From contig CBDCQF010000009.1 of NCBI GenBank assembly GCA_965220545.1, forward strand, positions 84,660-148,659: a stretch of DNA of 64,000 bases. The letters run 5' to 3'. Below the pieces are notes generated by a model that did not search any database, was not told where the DNA came from, and was given only the letters and a program-made list of their open reading frames with translations. Made by a program: the position numbers and the translations under genes. Below, piece after piece: positions 28,766-37,482 of the stretch (the stretch's first letter is position 1; each line of letters opens with the position of its first letter). The DNA is from Dehalococcoidia bacterium (GTDB lineage Bacteria > Chloroflexota > Dehalococcoidia > Lucifugimonadales > QGNO01).

Positions 28766-29587
28766 CTACCGCTCCAGCGGATACCCCTCCTCGTTGGCCC
28801 ACTCCGCAAACGACGCATCGTAGTTCGCCGCATTCTCATACCCTAGCAGCCTCAGGGTGAACACTCCGTGCGCCGCACGGATCCCCCCCTGTCAGTACGT
28901 GTACACCTGCTGCTCAGGCGTCACCCCCTTCTCCGACAGCATCGACCTGATCTCATCCGCAGGCCTGAATTCCCCCGACTCGACGTCCATCACGTCGCTC
29001 CATTCCAGGTGCGGCGCGCCCGGAATATGGCCTCTGTACTTGTTGCCCCGGCTGTTCTCCCCGCTGTACTCGTCCGCCGCTCTCGTATCCCAGATAACCG
29101 ACCCCTCTTTGCCGATAGCCGTCTTCAATTCATCGGCCTTCACAATCAGAGAAGGGTCCACTTTGGGCGTAAACCGCCTCGGCTCAGCGGTGCTCGGCCT
29201 ATCCGTCATGGCGTGGCCCTCAGCCAGCCACTTCCGCCATCCCCCGTTCAGCACCTTCACGTTCGTATGTCCGTAGTAGCTCAGCACCCACCACAGCCTC
29301 GCCGCGTATATCGAGTGCCTGCCGCTGTAGGCCACCACCAAAGTCTCGTCTCCAATGCCAAGGTTGCCCAGAAACTCAGACGCCTGCTCCGATGCCATCA
29401 CGTGCACGCTGCCGTCGCCCTTGATATAGTGGTTCTCTCCCAGGTTCACCGCACCCGGAATGTGCGCCCGGTTGTAAGCGTCCGGAAGATCGCAGTCCAC
29501 TATCACCATGTTGGCGTCGTCCAAATGCGACGCCAACCACCCCGTATCCACCAGCATCTCCGGATGAGCATAGCCAGTTGTACTCAC
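28766..29587 (-). CDS. Two-domain rhodanese (thiosulfate/3-mercaptopyruvate sulfurtransferase) with in-frame TGA at the catalytic Cys position (Sec candidate or nonsense pseudogene)
   Basis: GTG start at 29587 after GGAGGAG. Reading through TGA (28892-28894) gives YTY[TGA]QGGIRAAHGVFTLRLLGYENAANYDASFAEWAN, i.e. the canonical CxxGxR active-site loop and C-terminal helix, ending at TAG 28766. Confidence 0.7.
28865..28881 (-). promoter_or_regulatory. SECIS-like hairpin candidate 11 nt downstream of the in-frame UGA
   Basis: UCCGUGC-GGC-GCACGGA (7 bp, G-rich apical loop), extendable by GGGG/CCCU pairing. Confidence 0.4.
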
Positions 29588-29657
29588 GATAGGCTCCTCC
29601 CAGCTCAATTTGCCCCGAATCCTAGTGACCAGCCCATCCCCTGTCAACTTGAAACCG

Positions 29658-29790
29658 TCCGTCGTACCCGCACCCCCCCGTCGTACCCGCGAAGGCGGGT
29701 ACCCACTAACGGCGCGGAAACGTCGTAAAGGGGGTCGCGAACCGCCCTGGCCCCCCATCCCCACTTGCCCGTTTGCCCTCTACCCGTTAG
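29658..29790. repeat. Intergenic repeat mosaic (modules C, A-variant, F) in the divergent rhodanese/glyQS promoter region
   Basis: cgtcgtacccgcgaaggcgggtaccc; gggggtcgcgaaccgccc; cttgcccgtttgccctc. Confidence 0.85.
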
Positions 29791-29802
29791 CCTATTCAGC
29801 AC

Positions 29803-31125
29803 ATGACAGACCTCAACACCATAGTATCCCTCGCCAAGCGACGCGGCTTCGTTTTCCAGTCCAGCGAAATCTACGGCGGTCTCGCCTCCACCTACGATTA
29901 CGGCCCCCTCGGCGTCGAAATGCGACGCAACATCAAGGACCACTGGTGGCGCACCTTCGTACACAAGCGCGCCGACATGGTCGGCCTCGATGCCGCCATC
30001 CTCATGGCGCCGCAGGTCTGGGACGCCTCCGGCCACACCTCCGCCGGTTTCGCCGACCCTCTGGTGGAATGCCCCGAATGCCGCAAGCGTTATCGCCCCG
30101 ACCAAATCGATGACCCCTCGAAGTGCCCGGACGACGGCGCGACCCTCTCCGAACCCCGCATGTTCAACCTCATGCTCAAGACCTTCCTCGGCCCCGTGGA
30201 GGACGACGCATCTCAGACCTACCTCCGGCCGGAGACCGCGCAGGGCATCTTCGTCAACTTCCTCAACGTCCTCAACTCCACCCGCAAGAAGCTGCCCTTC
30301 GGCATCGCCCAGATCGGCAAGGCGTTCCGCAACGAAATTACCGTGGGCAACTTCATCTTCCGCACCCGTGAGTTCGAGCAGATGGAGATCGAGTACTTCG
30401 TCAAGCCGGGCGACGAAGACGAGTGGCTCGACGACTGGGTTCAAGCCTGCCTCAGCTGGTTTATCGACGCAGGCATCTCCAAGGACAACCTCCGTGTTCG
30501 CCAGCACGACCCCGATGAGCTTGCCCACTACGCCAAGGCCACCTACGACATCGAGTACCGCTTCCCCTGGGGCTGGGGCGAAATCCAGGGCATCGCCAGT
30601 CGCACCGACTACGACCTCAAGGCGCACTCAGAGGCAAGCGGCGTCGACCTCACCTACTTTGACGACGACGCCCAGGAGCACTACCACCCCTACGTCATCG
30701 AGCCCTCCGCGGGCGTCGACCGCCCCCTCCTCGCCTTCCTATTCGACGCCTACAAGGAGGAAGAGGCCCCCACCGGCGCGGGCAAAATGGAAAAGCGCGT
30801 CGTCCTCAAGCTCCACCCCGTCATCGCGCCCGTCAAAGTCGCCGTCCTGCCCCTCTCCCGCAACGAGAAGCTCGTGCCCAAGGCAAGAGAGGTCTTCGAC
30901 ATGGTCAACGATCGCTTCGTGGCCCAGTACGACGATTCCCAGAGCATCGGCAGACGCTACCGCCGCCAGGACGAGATCGGCACCCCCCTCTGCGTCACCG
31001 TCGACTTCCAGACCGTGGAAGACGACAACGCCGTCACCATCCGCAACCGCGACACCATGGAGCAAATCCGCATCCCCATCCCAAACCTCCTACCCACCCT
31101 CACCGAACGCCTGCCGTCCCTCTGA
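29803..31125 (+). CDS. glyQS: Glycine--tRNA ligase (homodimeric class II type)
   Basis: 440 aa; RRGFVFQSSEIYGG..YDYGPLG, FRNEI.. , class II motifs. Confidence 0.95.
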   Translation: MTDLNTIVSLAKRRGFVFQSSEIYGGLASTYDYGPLGVEMRRNIKDHWWRTFVHKRADMVGLDAAILMAPQVWDASGHTSAGFADPLVECPECRKRYRPDQIDDPSKCPDDGATLSEPRMFNLMLKTFLGPVEDDASQTYLRPETAQGIFVNFLNVLNSTRKKLPFGIAQIGKAFRNEITVGNFIFRTREFEQMEIEYFVKPGDEDEWLDDWVQACLSWFIDAGISKDNLRVRQHDPDELAHYAKATYDIEYRFPWGWGEIQGIASRTDYDLKAHSEASGVDLTYFDDDAQEHYHPYVIEPSAGVDRPLLAFLFDAYKEEEAPTGAGKMEKRVVLKLHPVIAPVKVAVLPLSRNEKLVPKAREVFDMVNDRFVAQYDDSQSIGRRYRRQDEIGTPLCVTVDFQTVEDDNAVTIRNRDTMEQIRIPIPNLLPTLTERLPSL

Positions 31126-31129
31126 ACTC

Positions 31130-31298
31130 CCCGCTCACCCTGAGCCTAGAGTTTACCCTGAGCACCGCCGAAGGGAAGGAAATGAGCGGCCCCCACCCCG
31201 TCTTTCCCGCGCTATCCCTTCCGTCGTTCCCGCGCAGGCGGGAACCCAGGGGCGGAGGGGAGTTTACCCTGAGCCTGCCGAAGGGTCATGCTGAGGAG
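31130..31298. repeat. Intergenic repeat mosaic (modules D, D, C, C, D)
   Basis: ccgctcaccctgagcctagagtttaccctgagcaccgccgaaggg; cgtcgttcccgcgcaggcgggaacccagg. Confidence 0.9.
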
Positions 31299-31410
31299 TC
31301 GGTTGACCTCCATGGCTCTGCTTTCTGCCACAGGGTGGGGATGGTAAAGAAAGCCATAGGGGGGAGAAGAGGCGCCCACTGAAGTAACCTTCCAAGCGAA
31401 GTCACTAACC

Positions 31411-31773
31411 CTAAGTTGAATCGTCAGCTTCCTTGAAGAATCCCGCACTGGGCAGTACCCGAATGTCCGCTACCGAGCAATCATCCTTACGGTACGTTAT
31501 AATAGCCCTACCACGCACAGGCACGCCGTACAGGTTACTTGACTCAAACTCAACACCGAAGTGATCTAGGGACTCGTCATCAGGTGGGTTGGTCAGTGAG
31601 ATGGCTACATCCTTCAAGTCCAGTGTAGCAGGGAAATCGACCGCTTGCTCTATCTCCTGCACAACCTCTTTCTTGGCATCAGACCAACAACTATAGTGTG
31701 GACTGCTCAACTCTGAACATCCGACTATCGCCAGAGCGGCCACGGCCACGAGTATCCACGCAACCATCTTCAT
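31411..31773 (-). CDS. Small lipoprotein, unknown function
   Basis: 120 aa; signal peptide plus lipobox AIVGC; AT-richer than its surroundings. Confidence 0.55.
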   Translation of the reverse strand: MKMVAWILVAVAALAIVGCSELSSPHYSCWSDAKKEVVQEIEQAVDFPATLDLKDVAISLTNPPDDESLDHFGVEFESSNLYGVPVRGRAIITYRKDDCSVADIRVLPSAGFFKEADDST

Positions 31774-31902
31774 TGAGGGTCACTCTACTTCTCAGGTTGT
31801 GAGCATGTCAAACGAGGCGCTGAATTCAAACTACGGACTGATACGCTGCAGGCAACTACCTGCCTGGGCACTCAGAACACAAACACGAATTATCAATCCC
31901 CC

Positions 31903-32018
31903 TCTCGTCATGCCCATGTAGGCTTTTCCTCGTGCCCCGACACGGGGAAGAGCATCCAAGCAAGGGCGGGACCCTCTTCCCCGCTCACCCTGAGCACTGT
32001 CGAAGGGAGTGAGCAGCC
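31903..32018. repeat. Intergenic repeat mosaic (C-variant, D)
   Basis: cgtcatgcccatgtagg..ccccgacacgggg; ccgctcaccctgagcactgtcgaagggagtgagc. Confidence 0.85.
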
Positions 32019-32099
32019 GCAAAATAACATTAGTGAACCAATGCACTAATCCGCGTTTTATTGTAGAATGCCGCTCGGACTGGTACCTTCCTCTAACAC

Positions 32100-33818
32100 A
32101 TGGAAACCTTAGAACACGACATCCTGATCATCGGCGGCGGCGCGGCAGGCCTCAGAGCCGCCATTGAAGCGGCCCACACCGCCGAAGCCGCAGGCAAGAC
32201 CTTGGACATCGCCATCGTATCCAAGGTCTACCCCGTCCGAAGCCACACCGTCTCCGCCGAAGGCGGCGCGGCCGGCGTCCTTCGTGACTACGACAGCCTT
32301 GAACTGCATGCCACCGATACCATCCGTGGCGCCGACTACCTCGCCGACCAGGACGCTGTGGAGCTATTCGTTCAGGAAGCCCCCAACGAGCTCATCCAGA
32401 TGGAGCACTGGGGCTGTCCTTGGAGCCGCGACCCCGACGGCCACGTCGCCGTCCGAGCCTTTGGCGGCATGAGCGTCAAGCGCACCGTGTTCGCCTCCGA
32501 TAAGACCGGCTTCCACATGCTGCACACCCTTTTCCAGACCTCCCTCAAGTACCCCTCCATCAAGCGTCACGACGAATGGTTCGTCACCTCCATAGTCGTA
32601 GACGATGGCAAAGCCAGGGGTGTCGTCGCCCTGGAGGTCAGCACCGGCAAGTTCCACCTCATCAAGGCCAAGTCCGTCATCCTCACCGCCGGGGGCGGCG
32701 GTCGAGTCTTCGCCTTCACCACCAACGGCTCCATCTGCACCGGCGACGGCATGGCGCTGGCCTACCGGGCAGGCGCGCCGCTCAAGGACATGGAGTTCGT
32801 CCAGTTCCATCCCACCGGCCTCCCCGATACCGGCATCCTCATCACGGAAGCTGCCCGCGGCGAAGGCGGATACCTCATCAACGCCAACGGCGAGCGCTTC
32901 TTGGAAAAGTACATCCCTAGCCGCATGGAGATGGGCCCCCGCGACATCATCTCCCGCGCCATCATCACCGAGCTTGAGCAGGGCCTCGGCTACGGCGAGC
33001 CCAAGGACGGATACGTGCACCTGGACCTCCGCCATCTCGGCGAAAAGCACATCCACGAACGCCTCCCCTTCATCCTGGAGCTTACCCGCACCTATGTCGG
33101 CATAGACCCCATCACCCAGCCCATACCTGTGCGGCCCGTGCTGCACTACATCATGGGAGGCGTCCACACCGATAACCACGGCCTCACTCCCATGGAAGGC
33201 CTCTACTCCGCCGGCGAAAACGCCTGCGTCACCATCAACGGCGCGAACCGGCTCGGCTCCAACTCCCTCACCGAATGCCTCGTATTCGGCGCAAGGGCCG
33301 GAGCCGCCGCCGCCACCTACGCGCTGGAGACCCCTCACTCCGACGCCGACCTCTCCCCCGCCGCTGACCGCGACGAACAGCGCATCCGTGATCACTTCCT
33401 CAGCGGCAACAGGGGCACGGAGAAGGTCGCCGATCTCCGCCGCGAGCTGCAGGACTCCATGGAGCAAGGCGCGGAGGTCTTCCGCACCAAGGAGGGCCTG
33501 CAGCAGTCCATGTCTGACATCGCAGACCTCCGTGAGCGCATTCAAAACCTGGATGTCCAAGACACCAGCGGCGTCTACAACGTGGAGCTCATCGGCGCGC
33601 TGGAGCTTGATTTCATGCTGGACGTGGCCCAGACCATCGTCCACTCCGCCTACACCCGGCAGGAGTCCCGCGGCGCTCACGTCCGTCGCGACTACCCTGA
33701 CCGAAACGACAAAGAGTGGCTTGTCCACCAGTTGGCCCATCACACCGCCGACGGCCCCAGGTTGGAGAACATCCCTGTTACCATTACCAACTGGCAGCCT
33801 CAGGAGCGCAAGTACTAG
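32100..33818 (+). CDS. frdA: Fumarate reductase/succinate dehydrogenase flavoprotein subunit
   Basis: Very close to the E. coli FrdA pattern (SKVYPVRSHTVSAEGG, WGCPWSRDPDG, DKTGFHMLHTLFQTSL, HPTG, RGEGG). Confidence 0.95.
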   Translation: METLEHDILIIGGGAAGLRAAIEAAHTAEAAGKTLDIAIVSKVYPVRSHTVSAEGGAAGVLRDYDSLELHATDTIRGADYLADQDAVELFVQEAPNELIQMEHWGCPWSRDPDGHVAVRAFGGMSVKRTVFASDKTGFHMLHTLFQTSLKYPSIKRHDEWFVTSIVVDDGKARGVVALEVSTGKFHLIKAKSVILTAGGGGRVFAFTTNGSICTGDGMALAYRAGAPLKDMEFVQFHPTGLPDTGILITEAARGEGGYLINANGERFLEKYIPSRMEMGPRDIISRAIITELEQGLGYGEPKDGYVHLDLRHLGEKHIHERLPFILELTRTYVGIDPITQPIPVRPVLHYIMGGVHTDNHGLTPMEGLYSAGENACVTINGANRLGSNSLTECLVFGARAGAAAATYALETPHSDADLSPAADRDEQRIRDHFLSGNRGTEKVADLRRELQDSMEQGAEVFRTKEGLQQSMSDIADLRERIQNLDVQDTSGVYNVELIGALELDFMLDVAQTIVHSAYTRQESRGAHVRRDYPDRNDKEWLVHQLAHHTADGPRLENIPVTITNWQPQERKY

Positions 33819-33845
33819 GATTAGCTGATCACCCGGGAGCACACA

Positions 33846-34592
33846 ATGGCACAGCGGCAACTCACAGTGAACGTAGAGCGATACCACCCCGAACAGGGCG
33901 CCGCCGTCTATTTCGACTCCTACCAGGTACCCGCCCGCGACGGCATGATGGTCCTCGACGCTCTCAACTACATCCGCGACGACCTGGACCCCACCCTAGC
34001 CTTCCGCTGGTCATGCCGCATGGGCATCTGCGGAAGCTGCGGCATGACCGTCGACGACCGCCCCCGCCTCACCTGCCAGGACAACCTGGCAGGCTACGGC
34101 AACGAGATCACCGTAGCCCCCCTCGACGGCTTCCCAGTCATCCGTGACCTCGTCGTAGACATCGACGACTTCATGCAAAACAAGCTCCCCTCGGTCAAGC
34201 CCTGGCTCATCCGCAAGGACACCAAGCCCCTGTCTGAAGGCGAGTACCTCCAGACGCCCAAGCAGATGGCCCCCTATGCCCAAAACTCCTCCTGCATCAA
34301 CTGCATGCTCTGCTATGCCGCCTGCCCCATCTATAACCTGGAGCCGCACTTCACCGGCCCCGCCGCCATCGCCCTTGCCCAGCGCTACAACCTCGACTCC
34401 CGCGACCAGGGCGCAGCCGAGCGTTACGCCATCCTTGCCCAGCCGGAAGGCGTCTGGGACTGCACCTTCATCGGCGAATGCTCCGTAGCCTGCCCCAAGG
34501 GCGTCTTCCCTGCCGAGGCCATCCAGCGCGCCAAGCCGCAAAGCGCCCAGGCCTGGGCCAAGTCCATCCTCATGCCTTGGAGCTCGCGATGA
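33846..34592 (+). CDS. frdB: Fumarate reductase/succinate dehydrogenase iron-sulfur subunit
   Basis: 2Fe-2S, 4Fe-4S and 3Fe-4S Cys clusters (CRMGICGSCG; CINCMLCYAACP; CTFIGECSVACP). Confidence 0.95.
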   Translation: MAQRQLTVNVERYHPEQGAAVYFDSYQVPARDGMMVLDALNYIRDDLDPTLAFRWSCRMGICGSCGMTVDDRPRLTCQDNLAGYGNEITVAPLDGFPVIRDLVVDIDDFMQNKLPSVKPWLIRKDTKPLSEGEYLQTPKQMAPYAQNSSCINCMLCYAACPIYNLEPHFTGPAAIALAQRYNLDSRDQGAAERYAILAQPEGVWDCTFIGECSVACPKGVFPAEAIQRAKPQSAQAWAKSILMPWSSR

Positions 34593-34987
34593 GTACCGCC
34601 GGCCGCACCTACAAGCGACCCTTCACCCGCACCTGGTGGCTACGTAACCCGCGCTACACCCTCTTCATGCTCCGGGAGCTTACCGCCATCCTCATACTCG
34701 CCTTTGTCGTCCTCTACCTGGTGCAGCTTGCCCGTCTCGGCTCCGGCCAGGCCTCCTACGACTCATTCCTGCAGCTCATGGAATCGCCCCTCTGGATAGC
34801 CCTTCACCTCATCTTCCTCCTCGCCGCGATTCTCCACTCCGTAACCTGGGTCCTCATGCTTGTGCCCAGGGCCATGCCGGAGTTCGTCTTCGGCATACGT
34901 ATCCCACAGATCGCCATAGCCGCCGGCGGACTGGCCGCTTGGATCGTCGTCTCCGCCGTAATCATAATCGCCTTCTCAGTCTCGTAG
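34589..34987 (+). CDS. frdC: Fumarate reductase membrane anchor subunit C
   Basis: ATG overlaps the frdB stop (ATGA); YKRPFTRTWWLRNPRYTLFMLRELTA resembles E. coli FrdC; 3 TM helices. Confidence 0.8.
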   Translation: MSTAGRTYKRPFTRTWWLRNPRYTLFMLRELTAILILAFVVLYLVQLARLGSGQASYDSFLQLMESPLWIALHLIFLLAAILHSVTWVLMLVPRAMPEFVFGIRIPQIAIAAGGLAAWIVVSAVIIIAFSVS

Positions 34988-35001
34988 CCGTGGAGTAATC
35001 T

Positions 35002-35346
35002 ATGCAAAAGCTGGAACCAATGTGGTGGGCGCTCTTCAGCGTCGGCGGCACCATCGCCGCCTTCGTGCTGCCCGCCCTCATCTTCGTCAACAACGTCGCA
35101 GGCCCCCTCGGATGGCTCCCAGACGCCATAGCCTACGACAACGTCCTCTCCCTCCTCGGCAACCCCATATCCAAGCTGCTCCTCATCGTCCTCCTCTCCA
35201 CCACCCTCTTCCACGTCGCCCATCGCATCGCCACACTCCCCACCGACTTCAAGCTGCCCGTACCCAAGACCCTCGCCTCCGCCGTCAGCCACCTCGGCGC
35301 ACTCGCCCTCTCCATAGTCGCAATCATCGCCATCCTCTCTCTCTAA
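35002..35346 (+). CDS. frdD: Fumarate reductase membrane anchor subunit D
   Basis: 114 aa; EPMWWALFSVGGTIAAFVLPALIF resembles the FrdD N-terminus; 3 TM helices. Confidence 0.75.
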   Translation: MQKLEPMWWALFSVGGTIAAFVLPALIFVNNVAGPLGWLPDAIAYDNVLSLLGNPISKLLLIVLLSTTLFHVAHRIATLPTDFKLPVPKTLASAVSHLGALALSIVAIIAILSL

Positions 35347-35363
35347 CCCACCTCCATCCCCAG

Positions 35364-35522
35364 CACTGTAGGGGCGGTTCGCGAACCGCCCTCCCATCCG
35401 CTCCTCCCCCCACCCGCTCATGGTGAGCCTGTCGAACATTTGAGCGGGAATACACACACCGTCTTTCCCGCGCAGGCGGGAACCCAGGGATGGGGGTGCA
35501 ACCCCCTACCTCTTGCCCGTTC
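35364..35522. repeat. Intergenic repeat mosaic (modules A, D, C, F)
   Basis: gtaggggcggttcgcgaaccgccc; ccgctcatggtgagcctgtcgaac; cgtctttcccgcgcaggcgggaacccagg. Confidence 0.9.
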
Positions 35523-35538
35523 TGATAACATAACCCAA

Positions 35539-36270
35539 ATGCGACACCTAACGCGTCTAACCGAAAAGCAGCTCGGCGGCTGGTCCCTGCTCCTTGGAAC
35601 CGCCGCCGTCGCCGTCGGCTACGCCCTCTCCCCGGGCCGCGGCGTCATCGACACCGTACCCAGCACCAACCTCAACGACCTCACCCTCGCCATGGCCCGC
35701 AACGAGGTGCTGGCCTACACAGTGCCAATCGTCATCATCTGCGGCGCACTCCTCATGCTCAACGGCATCCTCACCCTGCGGCGCTACGCAGCCCCGCTGC
35801 CCCGGCTCGGCCTTCTCGCCATGGCCGTCGCCCTAGTCCTCCAGATGGTCATGCGGGGTTTCGACTACATGATCACCGGCATGGGAGTAGCCTCCCTGGA
35901 GACCAGCGACACCGTGAAATCGCAGGAATGGCTCCAATCCGCGCTGGAGATGCAGCGAATGGTGTGGGGGATGCACTTCACCTCCGGCGTCGCCGGCTAC
36001 GTCGGCCTAGCGGTCATGGCGATGGGCCTCGCCTTCCGGCCTGAGCCCGTGCGCCTGCCCCCTGCCCTGCACGGCGTCGTTGCCCTGCTCGCCGTCGCCT
36101 CGCTGGTCGTGTTCATCACCGCATGGCACTCCAACCGATTGGAGTTGGCCTTCGCCCCCGTCTTTGCCGCAATGTCCGTAGCCGGACTCGTCTACATGGT
36201 CCTACTGGGCTGGGGACTGACATCATCCAAAGACAACCAGCCAAGCAAACCCGAAATGGAATCCCCTTGA
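35539..36270 (+). CDS. Integral membrane protein, unknown function
   Basis: ATG at 35539 downstream of repeat DNA; ~6-7 hydrophobic helices. Confidence 0.6.
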   Translation: MRHLTRLTEKQLGGWSLLLGTAAVAVGYALSPGRGVIDTVPSTNLNDLTLAMARNEVLAYTVPIVIICGALLMLNGILTLRRYAAPLPRLGLLAMAVALVLQMVMRGFDYMITGMGVASLETSDTVKSQEWLQSALEMQRMVWGMHFTSGVAGYVGLAVMAMGLAFRPEPVRLPPALHGVVALLAVASLVVFITAWHSNRLELAFAPVFAAMSVAGLVYMVLLGWGLTSSKDNQPSKPEMESP

Positions 36271-36285
36271 ACCCTCTCCAGGCAT

Positions 36286-36360
36286 TTGCATAACCTCTTC
36301 CCCCTCGACGGGGGAAGATTGAGATGGGGGTGCAAACTCCGTCCACCTGCCCGTCTGTGC
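36286..36360. repeat. Intergenic repeats (modules E, F)
   Basis: cataacctcttccccctcgacgggggaagattgagatgggggtg; ctccgtccacctgcccgtctg. Confidence 0.9.
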
Positions 36361-36447
36361 CAAAACCGACTCCACAACTGCCAAAAGGGTCCTCTCACAG
36401 CCCCAAGGGTCCGATACAATCCCCGGACCAAACCGCCGGAGGTTGCC

Positions 36448-36813
36448 ATGGGACTGGACGTCGGCATCATCGCCATTCAATACCTGCCCCGACCCACGGG
36501 TCACGCCTACGAGTTTGCCTGGGAGCTTGCCGCCGAGGCCGGCGCTTACGGCTATATGCATGGCGAGGGCAACAACTGGGGCGGATTCAGCCAGCGCCAG
36601 GTGCTCCGCATGCTCGACGAATTCACCGCAAGAGAGCAGCTCGACACCCCGGCGCGAACCGAGATCATCGACTGGCTGAGGTCACTCCCCTGGGACGACT
36701 GGCAAGACGACCTGCCCTTGCCCGCCGCCACCAACGACGATGACGAAGACCCCATCCTAGACCACGACCCTGACCAACACGGCGGCCTAATTGAGCTCCA
36801 TTTCAACTGGTAG
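36448..36813 (+). CDS. Acidic hypothetical protein (121 aa)
   Basis: ATG at 36448 after a GGAGG SD; host-like G+C; D/E-rich C-terminal third. Confidence 0.55.
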   Translation: MGLDVGIIAIQYLPRPTGHAYEFAWELAAEAGAYGYMHGEGNNWGGFSQRQVLRMLDEFTAREQLDTPARTEIIDWLRSLPWDDWQDDLPLPAATNDDDEDPILDHDPDQHGGLIELHFNW

Positions 36814-36834
36814 AATCAAAGTAGAGGTACTAGA

Positions 36835-37482
36835 ATGGCAAAGATTATGAAACAGCAACTGGATCCTTCACTGTACGAAAGCATTGGTTACGACGACTTA
36901 GTAACTTATGCCGTATACAAGTTGGTTTCAGAGGATTCTAATGGTGGCGAGGCAACGTTTGAAGATATTGTTGCTCAAGCCTTCACCTTGTTCCCTAAAC
37001 GATTTGGTTTACGTGGGTACAATCAGTGGCCAGACTCAGCCGTAGTAAACAAGAGTTGGCTGAGGTGTCGCACTGACAAAAAATACATCACCGGTAGCGT
37101 AAAGGATGGATTCAAGCTTACCCAGCGAGGACTAGAGATCGCCGAAAACGTTGAACAAAAACTCGGCAATAACACCGTTCCATCTTCTGGAGTATCAAGG
37201 ATCAAGAGTGAATTGCGCACCCGCTCAGGACGGTTGCTGCGTTCGTTGGAGCAAACCTCCGCTTTTCAAGCATTTGACAAGACCCGTGACGTTGAAGGTC
37301 TAACGACGGATGATTTGACTGATGTCCTACTTACACTTCCGGATAGCCCGCCAAATCGCTTACGGAGTAATCTAGAGCAGTTCAGAGACGCCGCAAAGTT
37401 ATACGAGCGTAGCGACGTACTTGAATTCTTGGACGCGCTAGAAACTAAGTTTGCGCTCAGACTTGGTATTAGAAGGAACTAA
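36835..37482 (+). CDS. Hypothetical protein, possible N-terminal winged-helix domain (gene A of the AT-richer two-gene operon)
   Basis: 215 aa; visibly low G+C; stop TAA shares one nt with the ATG of the next gene. Confidence 0.6.
   Translation: MAKIMKQQLDPSLYESIGYDDLVTYAVYKLVSEDSNGGEATFEDIVAQAFTLFPKRFGLRGYNQWPDSAVVNKSWLRCRTDKKYITGSVKDGFKLTQRGLEIAENVEQKLGNNTVPSSGVSRIKSELRTRSGRLLRSLEQTSAFQAFDKTRDVEGLTTDDLTDVLLTLPDSPPNRLRSNLEQFRDAAKLYERSDVLEFLDALETKFALRLGIRRN

Noticed and set aside
28892-28894. Alternative genetic code (TGA read as sense everywhere) as the explanation for the in-frame TGA in the rhodanese
   Set aside because: Many confidently called genes in the window terminate at TGA at the family-typical length (sbcD, glyQS, frdB, the MFS gene at 16863, the IS110 transposase). 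TGA is therefore a normal stop here, which leaves Sec recoding, a nonsense mutation or a sequencing error.
36448-36813. The acidic 121-aa protein as an integral third component of the GHKL operon
   Set aside because: Its G+C looks host-like, unlike the two downstream genes, and it is preceded by host repeat modules. Linkage is possible (21-nt gap) but is not supported by composition. It is kept as a separate hypothetical gene.
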